A stretch of 64,000 nt of DNA, taken from NCBI RefSeq assembly GCF_030028105.1, contig NC_092379.1, positions 28,389,821 to 28,453,820 of the forward strand, written 5' to 3'. A program made the position numbers and the translations under genes. The notes under the pieces are model-generated. The model did not search any database. It worked only from the letters and a program-made list of their open reading frames with translations, and had not been told where the DNA came from. The first letter of the stretch is position 1. Each line of letters begins with the position of its first letter. The DNA is from Mobula birostris (lineage: Eukaryota). Positions 23,626 to 36,929 of the stretch are shown in pieces.

Positions 23626-26600
23626 AAAAAAAACAAACATTTTCCCCCGTTTGTTTGTTGTTATAGCCAATATTATATGAAGGAAATCAGACATTCTTTA
23701 AATTCATCCACATATTAAACATATTTTCATGTTTTCCTGAGATCTTGAGATGGAGTGCTTCGTCAAAACAGAAAATGACACAGTCACGAGGCAACTGGTG
23801 TTTACTTTGTAAATTTCTTACTTTTCATTTTCCTGATCTGCTTAGCTGAAAGGACATATGAAATTCATTTATTAAATGTGCGCCAAAATCGTCTTTAGGC
23901 GTAATTGGAGGAGTAAAAACAACAAATATTCCAACGAAAGCATTCTCAAAATGCCTGCTAGTATTAGATTAAGTGCGTTATATTAGTTAATCCTATTTTT
24001 ATGCTCCAAGGCTCTTCAAATTTTTTTTAAAGGTCGGATCTGCGATGCACTCTGGTCCCTCACTCTGTATATTACACTGGTTCGTAATAGATTGGAATAC
24101 TTATCAGGCATATGACGAATAGCATGAAATCTTCTTCGCACTGCACAGATGCTGTCCGATCTTGTGGATATTTGTTTCGCGTTCTCTTTCATTTTTGAAA
24201 AAGAGAACGCGGTACGCTGCTTTTGTCATGGATTTGCATTAAAGTGGACAGCGCACTATCTTTGACCATGTCGTATTAATCGTGACCATGCAGTGCCCTT
24301 GTACGTGATCATATTTATGATGTACATACTCTCTCCATATTACAGCAACTACTCTGATGCCGTGCCCTACGTCTGCTTTCACTGTGGTCGTCTGACAAAC
24401 TCCATTACAGTTACTGAGCCCTTTATAGCATTCACAAATTTCATACAGGCAGTTACAGAAGTATCGAAAGAACGTAGACATAAAACTGCTTCATACGACC
24501 CCAGGTGCAAAGGCGTTGAACAGAGTTATTGGACAATCTATTCTTATTCCCACGACAGAAAGTGGGATATACAGTATTACCTTTCTTCGCGATGTGTAAC
24601 CTGAAACTAAAACAACCTGCAAGATCAGGTGTCACTATGAATATTCATTTATTTTTAAACAGTCGTAATTACTCTCGGATATATCAGTTTATCATTCCCT
24701 AATATTACCGCATTATCTTATATGTAAATCCCAGTGGAACAGTTCCAATAACGTTCAGAGACTCTGGTCCCTGTTTAATGGCCCATGTGTGTTTCACACT
24801 GTTTGTAACAGAGCCATAATGCAGAAATGTACGCAATAGTTGTGCGGAAATTCTTCCACTTTCTCCCAATTTGATATCCACACGGAAATACCACGCAGAG
24901 TCAGTCAGCTGCACAGCTGCCATAGTCAGTTGCTGCTCTTCTCAACAACTGGACTGCATCAGGAAGACGACCATTAGTGAATTACGCCGGATGTTCATAG
25001 ATTCCAGCAGCTGGTTACCGTATGGCAAACTCCGGTTGCCTGTCCGGATTATTTTGCGTACAAAAAATAAATTAAAGGAAAATGATGCAGTGATGTTCTT
25101 TCATTTTTGTCCATGTGACCAATAACTTATGCGGTGTTATACATTCGACATTTTTCAGTCTGGATATATGATTAAAATAAGAAAAAAAAAAGCACTCCGT
25201 TGTCTGGCAGCATTGAACACGCCGAATCACCAGAATCCATCATAAAGAATGGACAGCAGCTCTCTATGTTTCGCACTACATGCCATTTCTCATTTTACAA
25301 GAACAGCTTTACCCCATTCCCCTCTATCTGATTTATTTCTGCTCAGAGCATATGCACCGTATGAGATCGGCTTTAATTCAAAAAAAAAGCTTTTAAATGT
25401 ATGTGAAGAAGTTTTTTGAATCAGAGTATGATAATATCTGAGATACTGAATCACAAGGCGAGATGGATTGCACTTTCAAAGTCCATGCTTTCCAGCTCAA
25501 CACAGTTTGAAAGCATCGTCTGTGTAGCTATTCCTCATGGTCATACAATCCAGGATTGGTTTCAATAGAATGGCTTTATATTTTTCCACTATGCCTATCT
25601 TAATGGGGATTTTGTTTACTTCTGATATCAACGATACTTCATGATAATTCAAAATCGCTTGTATTCTTGCCGATGATGAACGACACACAGAGCAACCAAG
25701 ACCAAGTCGTTGCATGTCTCTGTTCCTAAAATTAGGGATTGCATTTTGATCTTCTCGACTTGTGAGTCATTAATCAAATCCTGTGGAAAACGTCAACTGG
25801 GATCGTCCAAATTCATATACTGCTGAACAATTGCAGGAAACAAGATGTCGTTCTAGTTTAATCTGTTTATTTCAGAGTCTCTACCTCAGAAAATAGGTTC
25901 GTGATAAATTCAGATAAATTCGGCCCTAAATCGCTGATTAATCTCAACATTCTCCGATAGTAGATATTAGTTATAACCTGACATATATATCTACGGTGTA
26001 TCCATCGATCATTTATACCCACAGTTTGACATTGAACCAGTTGATCATCGGGAACTTTCAGCCCTGGTTCACGAGGGAAAAGCGCTTCATCGAGAATTTC
26101 GTTTGTCCGCAGTTATAAAAGACCGAAACGTTGGGAACACCCAGCTGGCGTGGAAGCTTCAGTGAAAATGGAAGAAGGAACTGCTCTCGTGAGAGAATTA
26201 CTAAAGCTCTGCTGACATCTGGTATAATGTATTTTCTTTGTTCCTGGCGTTGTTACATGAAAGTCACTGCCTGCTTCTCAACAGCTTATTCGCAAAAGGA
26301 TCATACTTCCATCCGCAAAATTAATTAGTAAGTTATTCAGAGAAAAGTTACTCTCATAGGCTGCATTTGAACAGGTCAAAATATCGTGCGCCTTGCTGCT
26401 TGCTCATGTCTGCTTTTCAGATCAATTGTGACGTCTCTACGTCCTGCCAGATATCCACGACAGAGAAAGACTGTAATTTCATCTTTTCCTCCTCCCCGGC
26501 TTTGTTACCATCCCTTTAATTCTGCTCGCACAATCTGCTTCGATGACCAATTACAGTTTGATGACAGTCTTCTCCACGAGAATTGCCGCCTGCCCTGCAC

Positions 26601-26861
26601 TCGTTTGCCGATGAGTGGCGCTTCGCTGTTAATGGAAGCTCACAAAGTATTTGACTCCTATGTTCTGCACTTCTGTGGTCGCCTGTGCAGAATTTCACTT
26701 CCTGCATTTCGACTGAACGCCCTTTTGTGTTGTTTATTTGGAGATTTAACACCTTGCGTTGCCTCTTGTGATTGGTCAGTTTGGCCAAGGTATGTGTATT
26801 TCTCCTGTTGCAATGAGTTTCCACCTAGAGTCACGGAAGTACAGACACAAACAGAGTGAAT

Positions 26862-27331
26862 ATGGCAAACTGCCTCACGCAGGTCCTCATTATTGTGTTT
26901 CTTCTGGGTAAGTGTTCACTGTGTTATTCCAGACCTTCCTAATTCTCTGTAACCACGTGTTTTTCTCTCTATTTAAGTAACATGCTGTTCCTAGTAGAAT
27001 TGATGATGTATTGTTTATTTTACTGTTAGACTGGAGCCGTGAAGACGCAGTGGAACAGTCAGTAGTTGCAATGACGTTTGAAGAAGAAAATAATATTACA
27101 CTAAACTGTACATTGAAAACAAGCGATGCATCCCCGTATGTTTTCTGGTACAGGCAGCGCACCGGACAGCGACCACAGTATTTAATTCGGATTATAGGAG
27201 GAACCCGATACCGAAGTGAACATGTAACCGACCGACTATTTGCTTCCTATGATAAAAGTAAAAAATACACTGAACTGTCGATTAACAACACCATACTCTC
27301 TGACTCGGCCACATACCTCTGCGCGATGAGC
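26862..27331 (+). CDS. TRAV/DV: TCR alpha/delta V segment V3 (leader 26862-26907, V exon 27030-27331); intact
   Basis: MANCLTQVLIIVFLL-DWSREDAVEQ...LNC...VFWYRQ...DSATYLCAMS; GT-AG intron. Confidence 0.93.
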
Positions 27332-27369
27332 CACGGTGTTTAAAAATCTGAATTATTCGAACAAAAACC
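27332..27369 (+). other. RSS (23-class) of V3
   Basis: CACGGTG, 22-nt spacer, consensus nonamer ACAAAAACC. Confidence 0.93.
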
Positions 27370-27393
27370 CTCTTTAACATTTTCCTCGAGAGC

Positions 27394-27407
27394 GCGATAG
27401 AGGGCGC
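27394..27407 (+). promoter_or_regulatory. CTCF-like motif 3' of V3 RSS
   Basis: GCGATAGAGGGCGC, 24 nt after the nonamer. Confidence 0.5.
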
Positions 27408-27966
27408 ACAAATTAAGGTGAACGTAAATGCTGACTGAATCCCAAAGGTTTAGTCTTATGTTTCATATGATGTCATAGCTTGTTTCTCGCACCAGTGATA
27501 TATTCAGTTGGTATTCTTACTGGATCCTTAAGTTCTTCGATAGCTGTGACTGTGAGAAAAAAATCACTTCAACTTAAGTGATTCTTATGTGTTACTTAAT
27601 TTCACGGAATAATCACCTTTTAAACGCCAGCGTCAGATTGTCCCTGACATCAAGAAATGCTGGGTGTAATTGAATTCGCCGAGTTTCATTTTCGAAAGTT
27701 ACAACTAGCGTTAATTCAAATAAACGAACCATTGTGTTTACCGACAGTTTTAATTTGGATTTCAAAAAAAAATTAACGTCGCCAAATATTTGGTTGAACA
27801 CATCAGTAATTCAAAACATTGTACAATTGTCAACATGAATGGCGCGTACTCTCTGAAATTAGGTCACTTGATGATCAGGTGCCGATTTGGAGACAATGAC
27901 ACCCTAGGTTGCATCTTCGGAAACAGCTCTATTTCAAACTTCAATACCTCTACTTTTTCCCTTTCA

Positions 27967-28673
27967 AGGTTCTTTTTTACACTCTGACCTGCGAGTACTC
28001 GCTCTCGTCGGTTCGTTGCGTGAACTGGTCTGGCTCTTGGGTCGCACGACTGTCCGTTATTCGATATGCATAGAACGCTTCCAGCAGATTAGCACATCTT
28101 CGGAGTTTCAGGATTTGGTGGCTCTGGAGGGGGGCGGACTCGACGTCGGTGCTAATGCAGGAAATCGCTGTGTCGTGGAGACGGAAGATACCTGATTGTG
28201 TACCAAGAGACCCGAGGTCTTTGGGCACAGAGCCCTGAAAAAGCGGAGCCACGGACGTTTAACATCGTAATTCACTGAGTTGTTTGTTATGTCTGGCTTC
28301 TCGCTGTGAACGGCAGACACCTTATTTTCACTTATTAGGAAGACAGGGAGGCTGTTGTATGTGGAATTACCGTGAGAATGAATAGTCTTTTGGGTACAGC
28401 AAGTCTCTGTGTTCAATAATGCTTTGTTGCACACTTGAGTGCCCGGTAGAAGGCGCTGATGCTCTTATGCTGGTCAGGGACGGGGGAATGTTGCTCTGCT
28501 GGTGATTAACCGTGCGAGGAGGGAGCTGCGGTGGGGGGCTTTCGGGTTTCAGCATTTCACTGTCATTCATTCTGTGTGTCACACCTCTGTTTTCCTGTAT
28601 GTTTGCGAAGAAATAAAAATATTCAAGGATGTATGTTGTATACACTTCTCTGACATTAAATGTACCTTCGAAA
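27967..28673 (+). repeat. Retroposon-like repeat, unit copy D
   Basis: Homologous to 1391-2093. Confidence 0.45.
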
Positions 28674-28789
28674 CTAACACCTTCCACGCAGAATTATGAG
28701 CAGCATTGACGCCACAAGTCTTACTTGAGTGGAGCATTGTACTTGTATTTGCAGCTCTTACAGCAACAGCCTCCTGAAATTCAACATTC

Positions 28790-30128
28790 TGTCATAGAGG
28801 GGGCGCTGGGAGCGGACCCAAATGCAAAACACAGACACTGAGGTATCAGGAACAGGACAGGACTAGAGTTCCGGACGTGACTAGGTGCAGACTAGCAGCT
28901 GGGACAAGAACACGGACTTGGGTTAGGACATTGGCAAGGCAGCGGGGCCAGGACAAGGAACTGGGAACTAGAACCCTGAGCGTGGACTCCGAGCCAAAGA
29001 CTGGACAAGGACCCAGCACCTACGTAATGACTCGGGCTCGGACAGCGGGAAAAAGCCAGGAAATGGCGGGGCTACAAGAGTAAACATGGCTTGGGTTTCT
29101 CGAGGCGAGGACATGACGAGGCTTGGGGTTTTCACGGCGAGGACGTGACGAGTCTTGAGTTCATCGAGGCGAGGATATGACGAGGCTTGAGTTCTTCGAT
29201 GCGAGGACATGACGAGCCTTGGTTTCGGACTCCGAGCCACAGACTGTACAAGCACCCATAACATGGGTCTTGACTGGGGCTCGCACTCCAGAACCAGACG
29301 AATACATGACGTGGTCTTGGGAGACATAACTAGACGAGGCTACAGGACAGAACGAGAGAAGCCTGGGCAAGACGAGGGAACTCTAGACCTGGACGAGGCA
29401 CATGGACAGGACGGAACACGAAGCCTTGACTTGGAGAAGAACGCAGAGCATTTGTCAAGGGAGATAGGAAGGCAGAGGCTTTGTCGAAGGAGACAGGAAC
29501 GCAGAGCCTTGGACTTGGTAGAACAGGAACGCAGAGGCATGGACCACAGAGCCGGCACCCCTCCATGGGGAAAGGACTTGGGACTGGGGCTCTACACAGA
29601 GTCCAGATCCCTCATAGGGAGCAGGACGGAGGGTCGGGACTCGTACACAGAACACAGAGAGATATTGCTCAACACGACATGGCGGCAGACGGCCGGACCT
29701 ACGCAGCGAATGCACAGACACAGAGAGACAGTTCCAAACAAAAACAGACAATTCCTTTTCTTGCTCCGGAATTTGAACCTGACAGCAGTGCAGGTAAAGC
29801 TTGCAGACAAAGGTTACAGACTGGGCAAGTCTCCAGGTGAGGCAAGGCTTCAGGCAAGGCACCACGAGGCAAGGCACCAGACACAGGTTGCTGGGCAAGG
29901 CTTCAGGAGGAAGGGGCAGAGAAGAGATTCAGACAGGGAGTGAGATTGGGAAAAATCCTGCAACATATGCTGAACCAAGGAGCTATTTCTGTAGCCAGCC
30001 CAAAATGTGAATCAGCTGCCTAAATTAGAGCACACAGCAGAACAAAAGGGAAAAGCATAAAACCTGGAATAAGGAGCGATAGGCCGGACCGTGAACCGCA
30101 ATCCGGATTTACGGACGGGACTATGACA
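28790..30128 (-). mobile_element. Gypsy solo LTR, unit D
   Basis: TGTCA...TGACA with a perfect CATTC TSD (28785-28789 and 30129-30133). Confidence 0.88.
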
Positions 30129-30230
30129 CATTCAGGATATAGTCTGTGCTAAATCTATCTAGAGTATTGACTATCCACTAAAATCACCTTATTGGATATG
30201 CACGAGAATTGTTATTAAAATCTTAGTTGA

Positions 30231-30541
30231 GTGGGCACGTGGCCAAGTGGTTAAGGCAGGGGACTAGCAAGCTGAAGGTCGTGAGCCCCAGCCCCAGCCG
30301 AGGCACGTGTTGTGGCCTTGAGCAAGGGTCTTAATCAAACACTGCTCTGCGACGATACTGGAGCCAAGCTGTATGGGTCCTAATGTCCTTAACTTGGACA
30401 ACATTGGTGTCCTGGAGAGGGGAGTCTTGCAGTATGGGTAACTGCTAGCTTTCCATACAACGTTGACCAGGGCTGCGTCCTGGAGAATGAAGACTTTCCA
30501 GGCGCAGATCCATGGACTCGTAAGTCTAACAGATACCTTAG
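30231..30541 (+). mobile_element. tRNA-derived SINE, unit D
   Basis: A box TGGCCAAGTGG; TSD aaaatcttagttga / aatatcatagttga. Confidence 0.85.
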
Positions 30542-31115
30542 AATATCATAGTTGAACGTAAAGTGCAGTTTCACATTTCATGAAAATGATTTCGTCATGT
30601 CATATGTCGTAAAATTGTCCCCTGTATTCTGTCGTTCAACTAACAATGCTGCCGAACATCAGAAGCCACTGTACTGGAATTTCGATGAATTCGACAGTAC
30701 ATCTTCGGCTAGCAGATTGTCCTAATGCCTGTACACTCAATTTTACTAAATTTCATGACGTAAATAATCAGCATATTTTATCCGGAAACAAGTGCTTTAT
30801 GCTGTAAAGCTATTTTTTCTGCTACTGGAAAGATAAACACGAAGTAATATAAATGTTATCATTCCAATCCCAGAAATAAAGATTAAAGACATAGCCTTTC
30901 CTCAGTGTCCTGACGTTTGTCGGAATCTTCCATTCGACAGCGGCCTCCTCCTCCAGTCAAGTCATTATCGGGATGGGTTTAGTAATTACCCCGTTATATA
31001 CGGTCACCAAACTGCGCAGTACTGACGGCCGAGGCCTTTGTGCTCCTACCTAAAGTGTATTGCACCACTTTTGAGCATTTTATTTAGGTAATATCTAGTG
31101 TGGCTATAGGTATAT

Positions 31116-31622
31116 CTCATGTGGATAGGGTGGTGAAGAAAGTATGCTGGCCTTTATAAGTCGGAGAATTGAGCATTGGAGTTGGGATGTAATGTTGATT
31201 GTACAAGGCATTGGTAAGGACATATTTGGAGGATTGTGTATAGCTCTGGTCACCTAATTATAGGAAAGATATGAACAAAATTCAGAGAGTACAGAGAAGA
31301 TTTACGAGAATGATACCTGTGATTCATCTACTAAGTTACAGAGAAAGATTGAACAAGTTGGGTCTTTCTTCTTTGGAGCGTGGAAGGTTGAGGGGGACTT
31401 GAAAGAGATATTAAAATTAGAAGGGGGATAGAGTTGATGTGGATAGGCTTTTTTCCATTGGGAGTGGGGGAGATTCAAACAAGAGGACATGAGTTTAGAG
31501 TTAACGGGCAAAATTTTAGGTGTAACAAGAGGGGGGACCTTTTTATTCAGAGAGTGCTAGCTGTGTGGAACGAGCTTCCAGCAGAAGTGGTTGAGGCAGG
31601 TTCGATGTTGTCAGTTAAAGTT
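31116..31622 (+). mobile_element. CR1 ORF2 3' fragment, unit D (uninterrupted)
   Basis: RGDLFIQRVLAVWNELPAEVVEAG. Confidence 0.85.
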
Positions 31623-32070
31623 CAAAAACAACTTTTTTTTCCCCCGTTTGTTTGTTGTTATAGCCAATAATACGTGAAGGAACTCAGACATTCGTCAACT
31701 TCATCCACATGCTAAACATATGTTCTTGTTTTCCTGCGATCTTGAGATGGAAAGCTTCGTCAAAACAGAAAATGAAACAGTCACGAGATAACTGGTGTTT
31801 ACTTTGTAAATTATATACCTTTTATTTTCCAGATCTGCCTAGCTGAAAGGACATATGAAATCCATGGATTAAATGTGCGCCAAAATCGTCTTTAGGCGTA
31901 ATTAAAGGAGTGAAAACAACAAATATTTCTACCAAAACATCTCAAAATTGCTGCTGGTATTACATTAAGTGCGATATATTAGGTAATCCTCTTTTTATGC
32001 TACAGGGCTCTTTAACTTTTTTTAAAGGTCGGATTTCCGATTTACTCTGGTCACGTACTCTGTTAACTAC

Positions 32071-32677
32071 AAACACAAAATATTCTGCAGATGCTGGCAT
32101 TAAAGCAACAGGCACATCACGCTGGAGGAACTCCGCAGATCGGGCAGAAACAGTGGAAACGATGAGTCGACGTTTCGGGCGGAACCTTTCGTCAGGACCA
32201 AAGAAAATACATTCCACACGATGTCAGCAGAGCTTCAGCAATTCTCTCACGAGAACTGTTCCTTCTTTGATTTTCGCAGAAGCTTCCACGCCAGCTTGGT
32301 GTTCCCAACATCTCCGTCTTTTATAACTGCCGACAAACGTAAAATAAACGTAATAAAATAGACAGTTTTTAAACTTACATTTTGTTACTCAGAGAGTGGT
32401 AACTGTGTTGAACGAGCTTCCAGCAGAAGTGGTTGAGGCAGGTTCGATGCTGTCATTTAAAGTTAAAAAACATTTTATTTTTCCCCGTTTGTTTGTTGTT
32501 ATAGCCAATAATATATGAAGGGACTTGCATTTTGATAGTGTTTATTAAAGGCTTATTTTTAAAATATTTAACCCTTCGTCACTGTCCTGACGAAGGGTTC
32601 CGGCCCGAAACGTCGACTTATAGTTTCCACTGATGCTGCCCGACCTGCTGAGTTGCTCCAGGGTGTTGTGAGTGTTA
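32071..32677. mobile_element. Inverted Penelope-like cassette, unit D (same insertion as 15492-16102)
   Basis: Flanks CTCTGTTAACTAC (32058-32070) and CTCTGTATATTAC (32678-32690); same internal order as in unit B. Confidence 0.7.
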
Positions 32678-34927
32678 CTCTGTATATTACCCTAGTTCGT
32701 AATAGATTGGAATCGTTATCAGGCATATGACGAATAGCATGAATTCTTCTTCGCACTGCACAGATGCTGTCTGATCTTCTGGATGTATGTTTCGCGTTCT
32801 CTTTGATTTTTGAAATAGAGGATGCGGTACGTTGTTTTTGTCATGGATTGCATTAAACTGGACAGGGCCACTATCTCTGATCGTGTCGTATTAATCGTGA
32901 CCATGCAGTGCCCTTGTGCGTGATCCTATTTAATGATGTACATACTCCTCCATATTACAGCAACTACTCTGATGCGGTGCCCTCCGTCTGTTTTCACTGT
33001 GGTCGTCCGACAAACTCGATGACAATTACTGTGCACTTTATAGCATTCACAACTTTCATACAGGCAGCTGCAGAAGTAACGAAAGAACGTAGACATAAAA
33101 CCGCTTCATACGACCCCAGGTGCAAATGCGCTGGACTGAGTTATTGGACAATCTATTCTTATTTCCACGACATAGCGTAGAGCAGTTTCAATACCGTTCA
33201 CAGACTCTGTTCCCTGTTTAGTGCCCCATGTGTGTTTCACCCTGTTTGTAACAGAGCCATAATACAGAAATGTCCGCAATAGCTGTGCGGAGGTTCATCC
33301 ACTTTCTCTCAATTTTATCTCCACATGGAAATACCACGCAGGTTTGGTCAGCTGCACAGCTGCCATAGTCAGTAGCTGCTCCTTCTCAATAACTGGACTG
33401 CATCAGGAAGACGACCATTACAGAATTACGCCGGATGTTCATAGACTCCAGCAACTGGTTACAGCATGGAAAACTCCGGTTGTCTGTCCGGAATATTTTG
33501 CGGAGACAAAATAAATTAGAGGAAAATCATGCAGTGATGTCTTTCATTTTTTGTCCGTGTGACTAATAACTTTGGCTGTGTTATTGATACAGCATTGTTC
33601 AGTCCGGTTATATGATTAAAATAAGAAAAAAAAACACTCCGTCGTCACGCAGCATCGAACACATCGAATCAGCTGAATGCATCATAAAGAATGGGACAGA
33701 ACCTCTCTATGTTTCGCACACCATCCCACTTCTCAGTTTACAAGAACAGCTTGACCCCATTCCCCTCTATCTGTTTTATTTCGTTTGATAGCATATGCAT
33801 AGTATGAGATCAGCTTTAATTGAAAAACTGATTTCAAATTTAGGTGAAAAGGTTTTTTTTGAATTAGAGTATGAAAATATCTGAGATACTGAATCACAAG
33901 GCGAGATGGATTGCACTTTCTAAATCCATGCTTGCGAGATTTTCACAGTTTGAAAACAACGTCAGTTTAGGTATTCCTCATGATCATACTATCCAGAATT
34001 GGTTTTAATAGAATGGATTTACATTTTTCCACTATCCCTCTTTTAAAGGGGATTTTGTCTACTTCTGATATCGCGATAGATTATGATAATTGAAAATCGC
34101 ATGTATTCTTGCCGATGATGAACGACACAGACAGCAAACCAAGACCAAGTCGTCGCATGACTCTGTTCCCAAAATTAGGGACTTGCATTTTGATCTTTTC
34201 GACCTGTGAGTCATTAATCAAACCCTTCGGAAAACGTACAATGGAATGGTCTAACATCATATACTGCAGAGCAATTGAAAGAAACAAGATGTCGTTCTGG
34301 TTTTATTTGTTTATTTCCGAGTGTCTACCTCAGAAAATAGGTGCGTGATAAATTCATATAAATTAGGTGGGAAATTCGTTGATTAGTCTCAACATTCTCC
34401 GAAAGTACGTATTGCTTATATCCTGACATATATATCTACATGTATATCCATCTGTCATTTATACTCACAAGGTTGACTTTGAACAACTTGGTCGTCGGGA
34501 ACTTACAGCCCTCGCTCACGACAGAGTAAAGTAAATACTATAATTTCATCTTTTCCTCCACCCCCGTTTCGTTACCATCCCTTTAATTCTACTTGCACCA
34601 TCTGTTTCGATGAGCAATCGCAAATTGATGACAGTCTTCTCCAAGAGAATTGCTGCCTGCCCTGCACTCGTTTGCCGATGAGTGGCGCTTCACTACTAAT
34701 GGCAGCTCTAACGTATTTGACTTCTATGTTCTTCACTTCTGTGGTCGTCTCTGCAAAATGTCATTTCCTGCATTTCGAATGAACGTCCTTTCGTATTGAG
34801 TATTTGGAGATTTAACACCTTGCGTTGTCTCTTGTGATTGGTCAGTTTGCCCAAGGTATGTGTATTTCTCCTGTTGCAATGAGTTACCAACTGGAGTCAC
34901 GAAAGTACAGACACAAACAGAGTGAAT

Positions 34928-35411
34928 ATGGCAAACTGCCTCACGCAGGTCCTCATTATTGTGTTTCTTCTGGGTAAGATATTCCTTCACTGTGTTATTC
35001 CAGACCTTCCTAATTCTCTGTAACCACGTGTTTTTTTTCTCTCTCTATATATTTAAGTAACATCTTGTTCGAAGTAGAACTTATAATGTATTGTTTATTT
35101 TACTGTTAGACTGGAGCCGTGAAGACTCAGTGGAACAGTCAGTAGTTGTAGCGACGTCTGAAGAAGGAAGTAATATTACCCTAAATTGTACTTTGCAAAC
35201 AAGCTATGCAACCCCGAATGTTTTCTGGTACAGGCAGCGCACCGGACAGCGACCACAGTATTTAATTCGGATTACCCCAGGAACAGGATACCGAAATGAA
35301 CATTTAACCCACCGACTATCTGTTTCCTATGATAAAAGTAAAAAATATACTGAACTGTCGATTAACAACACCATAATCTCTGACTCGGCCACATACCTCT
35401 GCGCGATGAGC
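34928..35411 (+). CDS. TRAV/DV: TCR alpha/delta V segment V4 (leader 34928-34973, V exon 35110-35411); intact
   Basis: MANCLTQVLIIVFLL-DWSREDSVEQ...LNC...VFWYRQ...DSATYLCAMS; GT-AG intron. Confidence 0.93.
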
Positions 35412-35449
35412 CACGGTGCTTAAAAATTTGAATTATTCGAGCAAAAACC
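35412..35449 (+). other. RSS (23-class) of V4
   Basis: CACGGTG, 22-nt spacer, GCAAAAACC. Confidence 0.92.
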
Positions 35450-35473
35450 GTCTTTCACAGTTTCCTCGAGAGC

Positions 35474-35487
35474 TCGATAGAGGGCGG
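35474..35487 (+). promoter_or_regulatory. CTCF-like motif 3' of V4 RSS
   Basis: TCGATAGAGGGCGG, 24 nt after the nonamer. Confidence 0.5.
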
Positions 35488-36054
35488 ACAAATCAAGGCA
35501 ACATAAATGCTGACTGAATCCCAAAGGCTTCGTCATATGTTTCATATGATGTCATAGTTAGTTTCACACACCAGTGATATGTCCAGTTGGCATTGGTAAT
35601 GGATCCTATTGTTCTTCGATAGTTGTAACTGTGAGAAACATCACTTTAACTTAAGTGATTCTTATGTGTTACTTGATTTCACTGACTAATCACCTTTTAA
35701 ACGCCAGCGTCAGATTGTAACCGACATAATCAAAGGCTTGGTGTAATTGAGTTCGCCGAGTTTCATTTTTTTTGAAAATTACAACTAGCGTTGATTCCGA
35801 GATACGATCCATTGTATTTACCGACAGATTTAAATTCGTTGTCACCAAAAAAAAAGATTAAAGTCGCAATGTATTTGTTTGAGCACATCTGCTATTCAAA
35901 ACATTGTACAATTGTCAATATGAATGGCGCGTACTCTCAGAAATTAGGTCACTCTATGCGCAGGTGGAGATTTGCAGATAATGACTCCTTAGGCTGCACT
36001 TTCGGAAACAATCTATTTCTATATTTAACATATTCACTGTTTTTTCCCCCTTTC

Positions 36055-36745
36055 ATGGTTCTTTTTTACACCCTGACCTGCGGGTACTCGCTGCTGTCGG
36101 TTTTTTTTTTTTGCGCGAATTGGTCCGGCTCTCGGGGTCGCACGACTGGCAATAGGCCAAGAACGCTGACAAGCAGATTAGCACGTCTTCGGAGTTTCGG
36201 GATTTCATGGCTCTGGAGGTAGGCGGCCTCGAGGTCGGTGCTAATGCAGGAAATCGCCGTGTCGTAGAGACAGAAGATATATGACTGTGTGTCAAGAGAC
36301 CCGAGATCTTTCGGCACAGAGCTCGGAAAAAGCAGCGCAACGGACGATTAACATCGTAATTCACTGAGTTGTTTGTTATGTCTCCCTTCTCGCTATGAAC
36401 GGCAGACACCTCTTTTTCACTTATTCGGAAGAGAAAGAGAAGTACCGTGAGAATCAATAGTCTTTGGGGTACTGCAAGTCTGTGTGTTCAATGATGCTTT
36501 TTTGTACACTTGAGTGCCCGGTGGAGGGCGCCGATGCTGTTTCGATGGTGGGAGAGGGGTGATTGTTTCTCTGCTGGTGCTTAACCGTGCGAAGAGGGTG
36601 TTAAGGTGGGGAGTTAAAGCATTTAACTGTCATTCATTCTGTGTGGCACTCCTCTGTTTTCCTGTATGTTTTTGAAGAAAAGGTATTGAAGGATGTTTGT
36701 TGCATATGTTCCGTTGTCATTAAGCGTACCTTTGAAACATTTGAT
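36055..36745 (+). repeat. Retroposon-like repeat, unit copy E
   Basis: Homologous to 1391-2093; ends tttgaaacatttga. Confidence 0.45.
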
Positions 36746-36856
36746 ACCTTCCAAGCAGAATTCTGAGCAGCGTTGACGCCACGAGTATTACTTCAGTGAA
36801 GCATTGTGCTTGCATTTGCAACACTTACCGCAAGAGTCTCCTGCAACTCATCACTC

Positions 36857-36929
36857 TGTCAGAGAGGGGGCGCTTGTAGCAGACCCAAATGCCAGACACA
36901 TACACTGAAGTATCAGGAACACGACAGGG
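36857..36929 (-). mobile_element. Truncated solo-LTR stub, unit E
   Basis: tgtcagagagggggcgct...gaagtatcaggaacacgacagg matches the LTR end, then homology stops. Confidence 0.75.
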
